A DNA stretch of 63,705 nucleotides, the filler included, from Chiloscyllium plagiosum (Eukaryota), in NCBI RefSeq assembly GCF_004010195.1. It is 8 parts of 8 records of this genome, joined end to end, with 100 filler letters (N's around TTAATTAATTAA, not from the genome) between each part and the next. Parts side by side here need not be neighbours in the genome. Positions count along the whole stretch, not along the records: positions 4,293 to 16,054 come from NW_025206504.1; positions 16,155 to 24,852 come from NW_025213771.1; positions 24,953 to 30,817 come from NW_025202679.1; 5 more parts are not named here. One strand, 5' to 3'. Of the stretch, positions 12,376 to 25,157 are shown in pieces. Under the pieces are notes generated by a model that did not search any database, was not told where the DNA came from, and was given only the letters and a program-made list of their open reading frames with translations. Position 1 is the stretch's first letter. Each line of letters starts with the position of its first letter. The position numbers and the translations under genes are program-made.

Positions 12376-12644
12376 GCACACACACGCACGCTCTCACACA
12401 CACACTCATTTACACACACACTCATTTACACAAATACATGCTTGCATGCACACACAGACTCACACACACTTACACATGCACACAGACACGCTCACATACT
12501 TACGCACACACATATACACCTCCACAGACACACACACACACAGATATACACACAGACACACACTCACACAGACACATACATACACACAGGCACACAGACA
12601 CAAACACACATAGACAGACACACTTACACACAGACACACACACA
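12376..12644. repeat. (CA)n-like microsatellite; similar tracts at 9610-9767, 10666-10745 and 11029-11070
   Basis: Seen directly; most adjoin N gaps. Confidence 0.9.
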
Positions 12645-13200
12645 NNNNNNNNNNNNNNNNNNNNNNNNNNNNNNNNNNNNNNNNNNNNNNNNNNNNNNNN
12701 NNNNNNNNNNNNNNNNNNNNNNNNNNNNNNNNNNNNNNNNNNNNNNNNNNNNNNNNNNNNNNNNNNNNNNNNNNNNNNNNNNNNNNNNNNNNNNNNNNNN
12801 NNNNNNNNNNNNNNNNNNNNNNNNNNNNNNNNNNNNNNNNNNNNNNNNNNNNNNNNNNNNNNNNNNNNNNNNNNNNNNNNNNNNNNNNNNNNNNNNNNNN
12901 NNNNNNNNNNNNNNNNNNNNNNNNNNNNNNNNNNNNNNNNNNNNNNNNNNNNNNNNNNNNNNNNNNNNNNNNNNNNNNNNNNNNNNNNNNNNNNNNNNNN
13001 NNNNNNNNNNNNNNNNNNNNNNNNNNNNNNNNNNNNNNNNNNNNNNNNNNNNNNNNNNNNNNNNNNNNNNNNNNNNNNNNNNNNNNNNNNNNNNNNNNNN
13101 NNNNNNNNNNNNNNNNNNNNNNNNNNNNNNNNNNNNNNNNNNNNNNNNNNNNNNNNNNNNNNNNNNNNNNNNNNNNNNNNNNNNNNNNNNNNNNNNNNNN

Positions 13201-13243
13201 GCCATGTTATCTTCCACCTGAATGCAGGAATACTGGGATTGAT
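13201..13243 (-). CDS. TRAC: TCR alpha connecting-peptide exon (3' end lost in N gap)
   Basis: tgtgtttcag|at caa tcc cag tat tcc tgc att cag gtg gaa gat aac atg = (D)QSQYSCIQVEDNM, containing the interchain Cys; 100-nt intron after exon 1. Confidence 0.85.
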
Positions 13244-13343
13244 CTGAAACACAAATAACAATGAGTGTCGGATGCGATCTGGCCGGACGGTACGCCGGGA
13301 GTCCCGTGAGGCGTTTCAGTTCCGGATAAAGCCGTCAACTTAC

Positions 13344-13634
13344 CGGCCGCTGGGAACTTCTTGGTCTCTCCTGCAACTGCGCAGCTGATCTCATCGCGAT
13401 TCCCCTGCGTGGCGAGGAACCCAAACAGACTGTAACTGCGATCAATGATCGACAGCAAGGCGTTCGATTCGGACTGTGTCTCCTCCTTGTCCCCAACTCT
13501 CATGGTCATGTTGTAGCTCTTGGGAAAATAATCGGTGGCCAGGCACGCCGCCATGACGTTTTGCTCATTATCGGTCTCGGTCTTGGTCTTGACCGCAGAG
13601 AGAACGTACAAGGATGGTTCGGCTGGTGCCCTCT
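13344..13634 (-). CDS. TRAC: TCR alpha constant domain exon 1
   Basis: caacag acceptor and g|gtaagt donor. RAPAEPSLYVL...AACLATDYFP...LLSIIDRSYSLFGFL...EISCAVAGETKKFPAA. The ACLATDYFP motif and missing Trp fit C-alpha; linked to a TCR alpha TM exon and a J segment. Confidence 0.92.
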
Positions 13635-13994
13635 CTGTTGGCATCAAAGAGAGAGAGAGAGAGATCGGTTAGCTCACACACTCCTCCTCTGGTTTCTCCC
13701 CGAGACGCAGATTTTCACCCTCCCCCGAAACCTCCTTCCCCTCCCCCTCGCCCTCCCTGGTCCAACGGGTGGGGAGAAATTTCCACCCCCCCCCGCCGTC
13801 TCCCTTGACGACCGGCAAGATGGCCGACTTGACCAACCACTCGTTGCCTTTTTGGAAAACAGCCTGTTTTGCTGAGGCTCTGTACGTCACAGTCAGATAA
13901 CCTGGAACCCATTCCTGGTTGCTGTTTCACCCTCCCAATTAAAAGAAAAACAGGCCTGTCTTGTTCTTAAGCCTGTAAAGATGCTTCGCAATTG

Positions 13995-14515
13995 GGGCAG
14001 CACGATGGGCTCAGTGGTTAGCGCCGCTGCCTCACGGCACCAGGGACCCGGGTTCGATTTCAATCTCAGGTGGCTGTCTGTGTGGAGTTTGCACATCCCC
14101 CCCCCCCCACCCCGTGTCTGCGTGGGGTTTCCTCCGGGTGCTCCAGTTTCCTCCCACAGTCTAAAGGTGTGCAGGTTAGGGTGGATTGACTGTGCTCAAT
14201 TACCCATGGATGTGCAGGTGAAAGTGGCTTGGCCATGCTAAATTACCCATAATGCCCAGGGATATGCAGGTTAGAGTGAATTGGCCATGCTAAATTACCC
14301 ATAATGCCCAGGGATGTGCAGGTTAGAGTAGATTGGCCGTGCTAAATTACCCATAATGCCCAAGTTAGGGTGGACTGGCCATGCTGAATTACCCATAATG
14401 CCCAAGGATGTGCAGGTTAGATGCATTAGTCAGGTGTAATTATAGGAGAACAGGGTGGGGGGGAATGGGTTCCTCTTTGGAGGGTCTGTGTGGACTTGTT
14501 GGGCCGAAGGTCCTG
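13995..14515 (+). mobile_element. HE1/V-SINE-like SINE with ~5 tandem 52-bp units
   Basis: ggcagcacgatgggctcagtggttagc...gggttcgattt head and V-SINE core; repeated ttggccatgctaaattacccataatgcccagggatgtgcaggttag at ~14165-14420. Confidence 0.85.
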
Positions 14516-15922
14516 GGATTGGGTTAAGGATAGCATTTTCGCTCCCTAAAGGACATGAGTGAACTGGTTGGGTCGTTCCCCCGACAACAGTCGCCATTAG
14601 ACTTTTAATTCCTGAATTTTATGGAATTCTGCCCGTGGTGGGATTTGAACCCAAGTCCCTCATAACGTTACCCGGGTCTTTGAATTAACAGCCTAGCAAC
14701 AATACCACTTGGCCATCACCTCCCTTCATTCAGTCTAATTCCTTCCTTGGCGAATTATCTACATTAGAGCGAGGGACAAAGAGTAGGCCTGAAGCCTACT
14801 CCGAATTCAATCGGGTCAGGGCTGGTCTCATCTCGGCCTCAACTCCACTTTTCTGCCATGACCTTTCAGCTCCTTACTGATGGAACATCCACCCCTTCCT
14901 TAAATTCACTCAGAGGCAGCGATCGAGAAATCCCCATCCCTTCATCCCGAAATGGTCATCTCTCCGTTCTGGATTGGCCCCCGTGTGAGGGAATTGCTCG
15001 ATTCTGACATCTCTCAATGAAGTCCCTCTCGACCTTCGTCTCTCTAACGAAAGCAGCCTCAAAGTCCCTCAGCCTTTCCTGGTAAGACCTTCCCTCCAGA
15101 CCTGGCAACGTCCTGGTCAATCTCATCTGCACCCTGTCCTAAGCTTCCACGTCCTTCCTGTAACGCGGTGACCAGAACTGAACGCCATATTCCCAAGTGA
15201 GTTTTGTGCAGCTGCGGCATGACCCCGTTGTTCCGAAACTCGATCCCTCTCCCAACGAAAGTGAACGACCGACGCCTTTGGATTGTCGGACCCGGCTGCA
15301 GCTTGAAACCCGAGTCCGCCGCAGCGGGAATCAAAACTGGATCCCCAGGATATTCTCTGACGGGACCTCAACAAAAACCCCACTTGGCCACCACCTCCAG
15401 TAAACTGCCCTGCTCACGTGGCGGGCATTATCAAACCCAATGCCCCTTTGATGGGTCAGATTTCCGACCTGGATTCACTAAGAATCTGATCCCATTTCCC
15501 AACGAAGGCCGTGGACTACCGGAGCAGAATTTGGCTGATTGACCTGTCCAAATCTGATATGCTTCTCAAACCTATTCCCCAGCCTTCTCCCTGGAATCTT
15601 TGATCTCCTCACTATTCAAGAACCTCTCCATCTCTTTCTTGAATACAGTCAGTGAGCTAAATACAAATTTACTGCACTCACTGGCTGACATATCCCTCCC
15701 ACCCTGCCAGGGACATCACAGACAGAATGTTTAATGCCCATTGTCATTCCAATAGCTCCCCGAGAGCTGACAGCTCACCGGCCCCTGAGACACAGACCTC
15801 CCTGAAGGTGAACAAACTCTCGTACCTATGTAGCTAACCTCATGTTTCCAACACTTCAGTAGGAGTCATTCATTTCTGTTAACCAGAACGGTGACATTAT
15901 CCTTTCACAATGCGGCACTCAC

Positions 15923-15982
15923 CGGGAGTCACAGTGAGCTGGCTCCCTCTTCCAAACGTTAAGCCGAGCTTTCCAACACTCA
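15923..15982 (-). CDS. TRAJ: TCR alpha J segment (C-proximal)
   Basis: SVGKLGLTFGRGSQLTVTP with the FGxG motif, followed by a g|gtgagt donor. Confidence 0.95.
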
Positions 15983-16010
15983 CACAGTCCTACACTGGGT
16001 AACAAAAACC
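15983..16010 (-). promoter_or_regulatory. 12-bp spacer RSS of J alpha
   Basis: Read on plus: CACAGTC + 12 nt (ctacactgggta) + ACAAAAACC. Confidence 0.95.
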
Positions 16011-16054
16011 GTCACTCTCACACTCACTCACTCATACACACACACAGACACGCA

Positions 16055-16154
16055 NNNNNNNNNNNNNNNNNNNNNNNNNNNNNNNNNNNNNNNNNNNNTT
16101 AATTAATTAANNNNNNNNNNNNNNNNNNNNNNNNNNNNNNNNNNNNNNNNNNNN
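16055..16154. other. Artificial contig-joining linker
   Basis: 44 N + TTAATTAATTAA + 44 N. Confidence 0.98.
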
Positions 16155-17350
16155 TCCTACTCGCCGAAGATTTTTCATGCCCTCTCTTCGCTCTCCTAAT
16201 CCCTTTCTTCAGCTCCCTCCTGTATCACTCCAACGCTCTGTCTGAACCTTGTTTCCTCAACCTTATGTAAGCCTCCTTCTTCCTCTTTACAGGACATTCA
16301 ACCTCCCTCGTCAACCAAGGTTCCCTCACACGACCATCTCTTTCCTGCCTCACCGGTACATACATATCAAGGACACATCGCATCTGTTCCTTGAGAATTT
16401 TACCCATTTCAATGACATCCTTCCCTGACAGCCTATGTTCCCAACTTGTGTTCCTCAGGTCGTGACTTGCAGCATCGTATTTACCCTTCTCTCAATTGTA
16501 AAACCTACCCTGTTGCACGCATCTATCTCTCTCCAGAACCAAGGTGAAAGTCTCAGAATTATGGTCACCATCACCAAAATGCTCTTCCACTAACAAGCCC
16601 ATCACTTGTCCCGGTTCGTTACCAAGTACCAAATCCAATATGGCCTCCCCTCTGGTCGGACAATCTACATACTGAGTTATAAAGCTTCCTGGACTCACTG
16701 CACAAACACTGCCCCGTCCAATCTGCTTGATTTAAAGAGCTTCCAATCAATATTTGGGAAGTTGAAATCGTCCATGACAACTATCCTGTGGCTTCTGCAC
16801 CTTTCTAAAATCTGATTCCCAATCTCTTTTTCCACATCTCTGCTGCTATTGGGGGGGCCTATATAAAACACCCAACAAGGTGACTGTTCCTTTTCTATTT
16901 CTGACTTCAGCCCATGCTACCTCCAAATGTAGATCCCTCTCGAACTGCCTTTCTACAGCCGTTATGCCATTTCTAATTAGCAACGCCACACACCCGTTCT
17001 TTTTACCACCCTCCCTAATCTTACTGAAACATCTGTAATCAGGGATCTCCACAATCATTTCTGTCCCTCTTCTTTATACATTTCCGTGATGGCCAGAACA
17101 GCGTAGTCCCAAGTACCGATCCACGCCTTAAGTTCACCCACCTTATTTCTGATACTCCTTGCGTTGAAGTATACACACTTGAACTCATCTCTGCGTCTGC
17201 AAGTATTCCCTTTCAGTGCTACTTTCTCCACAGCCTCTCAACATTCTTGGACATCCTGAAAAACAGCTAACATACTTGCTGGACTACAAATCTGGATCCC
17301 ATCCCCCTGCGAAATTAGTTTAAACCCCCGCCCCCGAAGAGTGCTAGCAA
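16155..17350 (-). mobile_element. CR1 LINE (AP-endonuclease region) abutting the truncated Cmu2
   Basis: Minus ORFs: GCVALLIRNGI...GVLYRPP; QYVDCPTRGEAILDLVLGNEP...FGDGDHNS; EPWLTREV. These are CR1 APE motifs with stops. Confidence 0.9.
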
Positions 17351-17602
17351 GTAGCAGGTTTGCAACCATCGTCTGTCCAATCATTGATTTCCATCTGAAT
17401 CAAATCTCCATGAGTTGGTTGAAAAATGGCTACTCCGTGGATTCTGGAGTCTTCATATCTCCCGTCTGTGAGGTGAATGGGAATTTCTCGGTAATGAATC
17501 GGCTGACCGGCTGTTATGGTGAATGGTTCAACAGCGCAGTGTTTACCTGCCAGGTCACTCACGGAGAGAACACTCAAAGTTAAAACATCACCACACCCTA
17601 GG
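17348..17602 (+). pseudogene. IGHM: IgM heavy chain Cmu2 exon, 5'-truncated, with stops
   Basis: SSRFATIVCPIIDFH..ISMSWLKNG...SPVCEVNGNFS..RLT...EWFNSAVFTCQVTH..TQS*NITTP* then a g|gtaag donor. Resembles shark Cmu2; TAA at 17581 and TAG at 17599. Confidence 0.9.
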
Positions 17603-20600
17603 GTAAGACATACATACGAGAGCACTAGAAATCATTCTGAACTCCAATGTGAATCAGATACACACATTTATCAAAGTTATTAAAAAGCACTAAAGTGTGC
17701 AGCATCCCATTCACAAACGTGTCATGCATTTCAGTTTGAGTGTGACATGAGCATTGCTCATAATTCAACATTATGTCTAATCAGAAAAGCATGTTTTCCT
17801 CTATATTGAAGACACGTGAGCTGGCTTAATAGTCTTTTTTTTAAGTAGTTTGTTGGCTGACCACACTTGGAGAGGCAGTTAGAGTGCCGAATCCACGCCT
17901 GGTGACTTCATTAAGGATAAAGGGTTTCGCGGGTGGGGGAAGGGTGCGTGTCTTGTGTGGGCCGGGGTATTAGGATCACAGTGGTATCTTTTTGAAACTT
18001 AAAACATACAGAGAGGCCGAGTTTGTGTGAACGTGGAGTAAATGTTTTGACAAGTAGGCGAGAATAGGACACATTGGCAGTCAAAGGGTGCAGTATTTGT
18101 AACTGAGGTGGGGAAGAATTTCTTCAGCCAGAGGGTGGTGGAATTCATTACCACAGACGGTGATGGAGGCCAAGTCAGTGACTGTATTTATGATGGCGAT
18201 TGATCGGTTAGTACATGGAGAAGGCTGAAAAATGTGGTAGAGAAACATATTACACATGATCGAATGGCAGGGCAGACTCGATTGGCCGAATTGCCTCATT
18301 CTGCTCCAATATCTTACTATCTTGTGGTCTCAAAATTACAAGGTAAAATATGCAGTTACCTTTCTTGCAAAATAAATCAAAATGTGTTCAATGCTTCATT
18401 TCCTGCTCAGGAATGACCTGTTGGACTTGGGCATTGTACATCATAGATTTTATCTGGTACTGAGCTCTTTAACTTCATTCATGGGAGCAGGCCAAAGAGC
18501 AAGTTAGTATCACATTTGATCAATCCGGATAAACAGGACCTAATTGAAACTCTTTAAGGTACTCTCTGCAATTAGTGGTTGTGGCAGGAGAAAACATTTT
18601 AGTGGGAAGGTTACAGTAGCGATGAACGAACGAGGAATTAGAGTCAGGTGTATTCAGCCTGGTGTCCGGATGAAGATGTTCCCACAGTGATCAGTGGAAG
18701 TCTGAATAATGCTCACGCAAATTTCCATCAATTTGTAGAATAATATTAGACACTCGTATTTGTTTTGTTTCTATTCTACTAAGAAATTCACTGTTTTGTT
18801 TTTAGACCTACTACAAATTTGACAGGAGGAATAATATCTCATGGTATGTTTTGAGAATGATCACACACCAATAATACAAATTATTTACAATAACGTTAAA
18901 CACATTGAACAGAATTTCTGTGACTGATAACTGCCCCGTAACACCTTTAAACGCCTGCAAACGCATGAGAACAAAGAAAATAATTATGATTGATTACAGT
19001 TTGTTAAAAATTGGGGATGTAATTTGACATTCAGAATGCCCAGCAGCATTTGCAAGTAAGTTTCATGAACATAGAAATGAAGTCGTTATATTCAGATTAA
19101 GCTTGCAGTAGTTGACAGAATGCATGTTAATTTCCCCAACAAAGACACCCGAAAGGAAGGTTATTGTTGTTCAGCCGAAGGAGGAGGAGAGGGGAATTAT
19201 TAACGGTCTGTACTCTTACTCACTCTGCAGAATTTTCAAGATAGAAGTCCACTGTAATGTACCACAGTCGCTGACAGGAACAGTCAGCTTCTTCTTTACT
19301 GTCTGAAGATTCCATCTTTCCATGCAAAATAGTACCTTTGAGAATGCTCGACATGATTTACCCTGTTAATCGTTTGTTAACATTGACTCCCCTTAATCCG
19401 AAACTGGTATTTGCATCATCCCAGTTTGAAGTCCATAGTTATGTCTCAGTTTTCTGGAGCACATGGGAGAAATTCTGGTATTCGAACTTCTGACATATTT
19501 TGCTTCACGTACAGAACATTTATAGATATTTTGTAATCAGCATGTTCAGAAATGTAATTCTGCATGTCTGGAATAGTGTAAATTTGAGCTCATGTCTCTT
19601 GTCTCAGAGACAAATTCAATCGCTGCAACAAAAGAGTAGCTCACATCGAGGGCTGAAAGGTCTGGTATGCGCGGTTTTGTTCTATGTTCTAAAACATTTA
19701 TCTCTCCACGACTATCAGAAATGTTCCTGACAACATCAGGGTCAGACATAATTGTTGACAATCCATTAAAACATAAAAATAATGCAAATTATAGTCTCGT
19801 ATAAGAGCTGAAACAGTTACAGAGAGATGCTCACAAATACATACGCAAAAACACATACACAGGCTCTCACCTAAAGACACATGTTTATGCACATACATAA
19901 ACGTGCACACAGATGAACTGTCACACACGTTTGCATATACACAGCTACACATGCAAATGGTACTTGAACACTCATCTAGCCCCCAGAAAAACGCATATTC
20001 ACAGAAAAAATAGCACATGCATAAATGAACAAGGATATCCACACATAACTATGAAAAGCATAGACGCACATTAATACACAAATGAACATGACTGCATTTC
20101 TATTCATGCAGCATAATGCTTATGGACATACATTCATACACACACAGACACAACATCTGAAAATTGTCTTCCCGCGTGGAGGCACACACAGGCACTTATG
20201 AGCACAGGTTAAAATGAATATTAGTTCTTAATTTCCATAATCACAAACGTATGATTGCAGAGGCAGCTTATTTTATTTTGAAACCACTTTGATCAGCACT
20301 TATACATGGTCTCACACACACACATAAATTCCGAGTCGTACATGCAGACGTGTAAATAATGGGGCGTTTATTAAACAAGGAGAATGGCACAAGCATCAGC
20401 AAACATTCACAGACAATAACACAAACAAGCACATCAGGCAATGGTTTAGGATAGATTGCCACACAGACAGAGATCATCACGCAAAGATAAACATCCACCA
20501 AACATGGCGTTGCATGCACACATTTATTGAGGACAAACATTAAAATAACAGAATGTAGGTAGGATCTGAAATAGACAGATCCTGCCGTCTATTGGTAGGA

Positions 20601-21384
20601 TGGCATAACGAAAAGTAAACACTCACAAGGATGTTAAAAGATAAACGTAGGCGTCAACGAAGTGCCAGTTTAGCATGATGATGCTTACACGTCGTGAAGG
20701 GAACAAGATTTGAATACAAAAAGCATGTGAGCACATCAGTAGTAAAGAACATGAGTATGTTTATTCATACACACACTCCAAAGTGGGCAAGTGCAATGCA
20801 AGAGACACCCATTACCACATCCACAAACACAAGGAAAAATATACACATGAAGCCATAGAAAAAATAAATTAAGAGCGCCATGCACAAAAACTGATTCCTA
20901 AATATATAGACCCTACAAACAGAAATATGAAACATTTTTCATACTGTGGATGTAATTTACATTCGTGAGATGCCAAGCAATTGGTCACCAATATATCATG
21001 AAGATGAGAATCACATATGAACTTTTATCCAGTAATGGACAAAATCTTAAACTAAACTGCAGTCACAGCACATATTTAAAATATAATGATAAAATTAAAA
21101 TAATTTTTCTCAATAAGTATCCCTCAAATGATAATATTCTTCAATAATAGATTAAAAGACAAAGTTCTGACACGGACAGTAAGGAGAAAATGTGCGGTTA
21201 ATATTAGTTAGTTCTTGCTGAGAATCAACAATGCATTAATACATGCAGATAGAGAGTCAAAATTGAGAAATACCTGACTGCATAAAGAAGATGTAACGGC
21301 TTCGAATTACAATTCTAAAATGCAGATAGATCGGTCAGCATCAATAAACAATCTGAACATGTTCTCTCAGCTTTATATTCATAG

Positions 21385-21440
21385 ATTCAATAGATCATAC
21401 TTGGATTGAAGACTATGAGGATGATAATGGCAACATCTGG
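21385..21440 (+). pseudogene. IGHM: IgM TM1 exon, 5' part only
   Basis: ttcatag|at tca ata gat cat act tgg att gaa gac tat gag gat gat aat ggc aac atc tgg = DSIDHTWIEDYEDDNGNIW; homology to 25030-25157 ends before the hydrophobic segment. Confidence 0.9.
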
Positions 21441-24129
21441 CAGAGGTTGTAACAACAAGTACTCCAAACTTTGAACTCCGAGATTGTACACGAAAAGGCA
21501 ACGTATATCCAAAAAGGCAAACTTCTCGTAATAAATGATTGACTACAACAAAACAGCAAATGAGATGAATTTGATTTCATCGAAAAAGCAAATAGGAAAT
21601 ACTCTGAAGGTACAGCAGCCCAGGCAAGACCTGAGCAGAGAGCACGGAGTTTTTCTTCTATTATGTGTTATATCCAAAATTTGCCTTCCGCACAATGTAC
21701 CTTTATATTTCCTATCACCAAGTCACCTATTATGTTTTTATTTTCAGTTATGAAGAATACATAGAGTAATGTATACACAGAGTCTCGTAAGGACAATTCA
21801 CACCATCAAAGGAAGTCGGCAGAGCGAGAAGACGCTTCCTGTCAGTTGATTCCCTGTCATGAGATAGTACTGCTGTACTAAGAGAGGATATTTCTGAGGG
21901 ATTGTAAAGTAAAGCTAAGCAAATGGAACTCAGAAATAAGAAGGAGATGCGATTGTAATAGTCCCCCCCTCCCCCCCACCACCCCCGCCAGTAGTCAGAG
22001 TGAAATTGAAGATCAAATATGTGGAGAGATCTCATTGAGATGTAAGAATAATACAGTTGTAAAAATGGCGAATTTTTACAACTGTATTCTAAACATAAAT
22101 TGGGACACCATAATGTTAAGGGCGTGGATGGTGAGGAATTTGTTACATGTTCTCAAGAAAGATTTCTTAATTAATATGTAGATGCAACCACCACAGATAA
22201 AAAAAGGGAAACTTGTCCTTTTCTTGTGATATAAGGCAGGGCAAGTGATTGAAGTGTTCATAGCGGAGCACTTTGGGGCCAGTGACTGTAATTCAAATAG
22301 TTCTAAAATACTTACAGAAAGGATAGGTCTTGTATGACTTTTTGACTCTAATATATAATATATAACACATGTTTATTCTTAACCAGAACATCAGCATCTT
22401 TATTTCTCCATTGTTTCCTCCTGTTACCAGCCTGACCTTCACTCTAACAGGAACGTCATGCCGCTGAACTTTCATTATCTCACTTCTGAAAGCCTCGCAC
22501 TTGTTGGCTCTCCTTTCACCTGCAAACAGTTTACTCTAATCCATTCTTGGATGATTTTTTTGTTTCATTCTATCAAAATTTGCCCAGATCCAATGAGAAA
22601 CTTTAACTTTTATACAAGACTTATCCTTTCCATAACTATTTTAGAACTATTTGAATTATATTTACGACATATAGACAAATGAAATCAATTGAATTTCTTG
22701 AAGAATATAAGAGTTGTAGGGACATTTTTTAAAAAAGAGAAATCAGGAGGGAGAAAGAGGATATGATATGATATGTGATATATGTAGATTGTACCAACCT
22801 TCACCACTTCCTCTAGCAGATCATCCCATAAATGCAACATTCTCTGCTATAAAATGTTGCCCATTAGGACCCTTTCATTTATTTCCTCTCTCCTCCTAAT
22901 CCTACCCCTCTTTTCTGGACTCCCTTATCCCAGCAAAAAATCCTGTCTATCCACTATATCTACGCCGCTCAAGATTTTATACCGCTCACCCTCTGATGGT
23001 GCAGTATAAACAAACAACCTATTCAGTGTCCTATTATATTACTGAATGTGGCCGTGAAGATGTAAAAACTGAGAGGGAGTCCTCATAAATCATGCTGCAT
23101 TTTACATAAATGATGTCATTGCTTTAATATGAGTTGGTGTCAAATCGAGTATGGGTGCCTTTTCCATTTGATGCCAGTTGCACAGAAACTGGGGAAATAT
23201 ACTGCAACAAAAAAGAAATGCAATTGCAGTGCGATTAATCCCACTATATGATTCATGTAAGAATTAATTTCCTGTTTTGAACTTGCAGTTACGAGAACTT
23301 ACAAATTATTTCTGTATTTGTAATAACTTTAATCCATCCGTTATTTTACATTCAGTTGTTACAGTTATCATGTGACTTACTGCACTTTTCTAAGTACTTA
23401 ACCATAAAACACAAAGCAAAATGAAGTAAAACTGCAAATTATATACTGTCTCTAATTATCACAAAGTAAATATATTTAGCAATTCAATGACATCAAATTG
23501 TTAGGGAATGTGGTAAGCTAGTCAGATCTGAGGACTGGAAGAATTTACAGGAGGTCATTAATAAATTTACAATATGGTGAAATAATTGGCAAATGAATTT
23601 CGACATAGATGAATGTAACGTGCTATATCTTGGTAGCAATAATGTGCAGGACACTTTTTCGACGGTGCATGTCTCAGTGAGAGAGACAAACAAAGGGATC
23701 TCACACAATTACATCAATCACTAAACAAAATTGCCAAGGAGAAACGAAGACCATCAAAACGCAAACAAAGCGATAAACTTTATCTCTAAAAGGATAGATT
23801 TGAAAGTAGGCATGTCTGCTAGATCCCTGTTAAAATGGTTTAGACTATAAGTAAAAGTATTGCCTGCAGTTCTTGCTGCCACGTTATAGAATGGCCACAC
23901 AAACACTGTAGAGGATGAAAAGAGATTTAAGAGTGAAACACAAATTTATGGGTGTTTATATCGGGGAGGAGCGGTCGTGCTGTTCACCTCTTTCTTGAAA
24001 AGAAAAGCAGGCTGAGGGGTCAAAATTATGAAAGGTTTTGATAAGAGCGGGTGCAGAGAAAACAGTTCCTCCATGGGGTAGAGCAAAAGTAGAGGCTGTC
24101 AATAACAAGAAGGAAGTATAATTCAGGTA

Positions 24130-24852
24130 TATTCAGGATAGATTGAGTGAATACTTAGAAGAGTATAAAGGCAGTTGAGGGACCAGATGTATATGTAATT
24201 GGAAAGGCAAGGACTTATTAGGGATCGTCAACATGGTTATATGCGTGGGAAATCATGTCTCAAAAACTTGATTGAGTTTTTTTGAAGAACTAACAAAGGG
24301 GATTGATGAGGGCAGATTGGCAGATATTATCTACATGGACTTCAGGCAGGCTTTCAGCAAGGTTCCCCATGGGAGTATTTAAATGAGAAATCAGGAAGGT
24401 AAAAAGGGGACATGGGCACATGGCAAACTGAGTTAAGGAGAATCCGAAGGCTTTGACAAATACATTAAGGGTATCTCGGGAGAGAATAGGGTCCCTCAAA
24501 GATCAGCAAGGCGGCCTTTGTGTGGAGCCACAGAAGATGGGGCAGATACTGAACAAGTATTTTGCACCAGTACCGACTGTGGAATGCACAAGGAAGATAT
24601 GCAATGTGGGGAAATAGATGGTGACACCTTGAAAAATGTCCATATTTCAGAGCAGGAAGTGCTGGATGTCTTGAAATGCGTAAAAGTTATAAATACCCAG
24701 GACCTGATCAGGTGTACCCTAGAACACTTTGGGAAGCGAGGGAAGTGATTGCTGGGCCACTTGCTGAGATATCTGTATCATCGATAGTCGCAGGTGAGGT
24801 GCCCGAAGACTGAAGGTTGACTAACGTGGTGCCACTGATTAAGAAAGGTGGT
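24130..24852 (+). mobile_element. CR1 LINE ORF2 (RT) fragments
   Basis: RQHGY..GKSCL.NLIEFF; DIIYMDFRQAFSKVP; GEVPED*RLTNVVPLIKKG. Confidence 0.85.
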
Positions 24853-24952
24853 NNNNNNNNNNNNNNNNNNNNNNNNNNNNNNNNNNNNNNNNNNNNTTAA
24901 TTAATTAANNNNNNNNNNNNNNNNNNNNNNNNNNNNNNNNNNNNNNNNNNNN
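24853..24952. other. Artificial contig-joining linker
   Basis: 44 N + TTAATTAATTAA + 44 N. Confidence 0.98.
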
Positions 24953-25029
24953 TTTTTTCAATGGCACACTTAGAGATTTCACAAAACATGTTGGGCTGCT
25001 TGGCGTGAGAAAGATGTGATTATTCTCAC

Positions 25030-25157
25030 CTTCCCCAGAGTGACGGCAGCGCTGTAGAAAATACTCAGGAAGAACAAGGTGATGAACGTGGAAGCAGTTG
25101 TCCAGATGTTGCTGTTATCATCCTCATAGTCTTCAATCCAAGTTCGATCTATTGAAT
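25030..25157 (-). CDS. IGHM: IgM transmembrane exon TM1
   Basis: ttcatag|...DSIDRTWIEDYEDDNSNIWTTASTFITLFFLSIFYSAAVTLGK|gtgag; mIg CART motif (TF..LF.LS..YS..VT). Confidence 0.95.

Noticed and set aside
9493-13261. Long ORFs rich in HT/CV repeats or X (also 61141-62363)
   Set aside because: Translations of (CA)n microsatellites and N gaps.
17348-17602. Possible IgNAR, IgW or TCR delta C domain
   Set aside because: Motifs (FATIVC.IIDFH, SPVCEVNGNFS) and intron homology to the Cmu3/Cmu4 contig identify it as IgM Cmu2.
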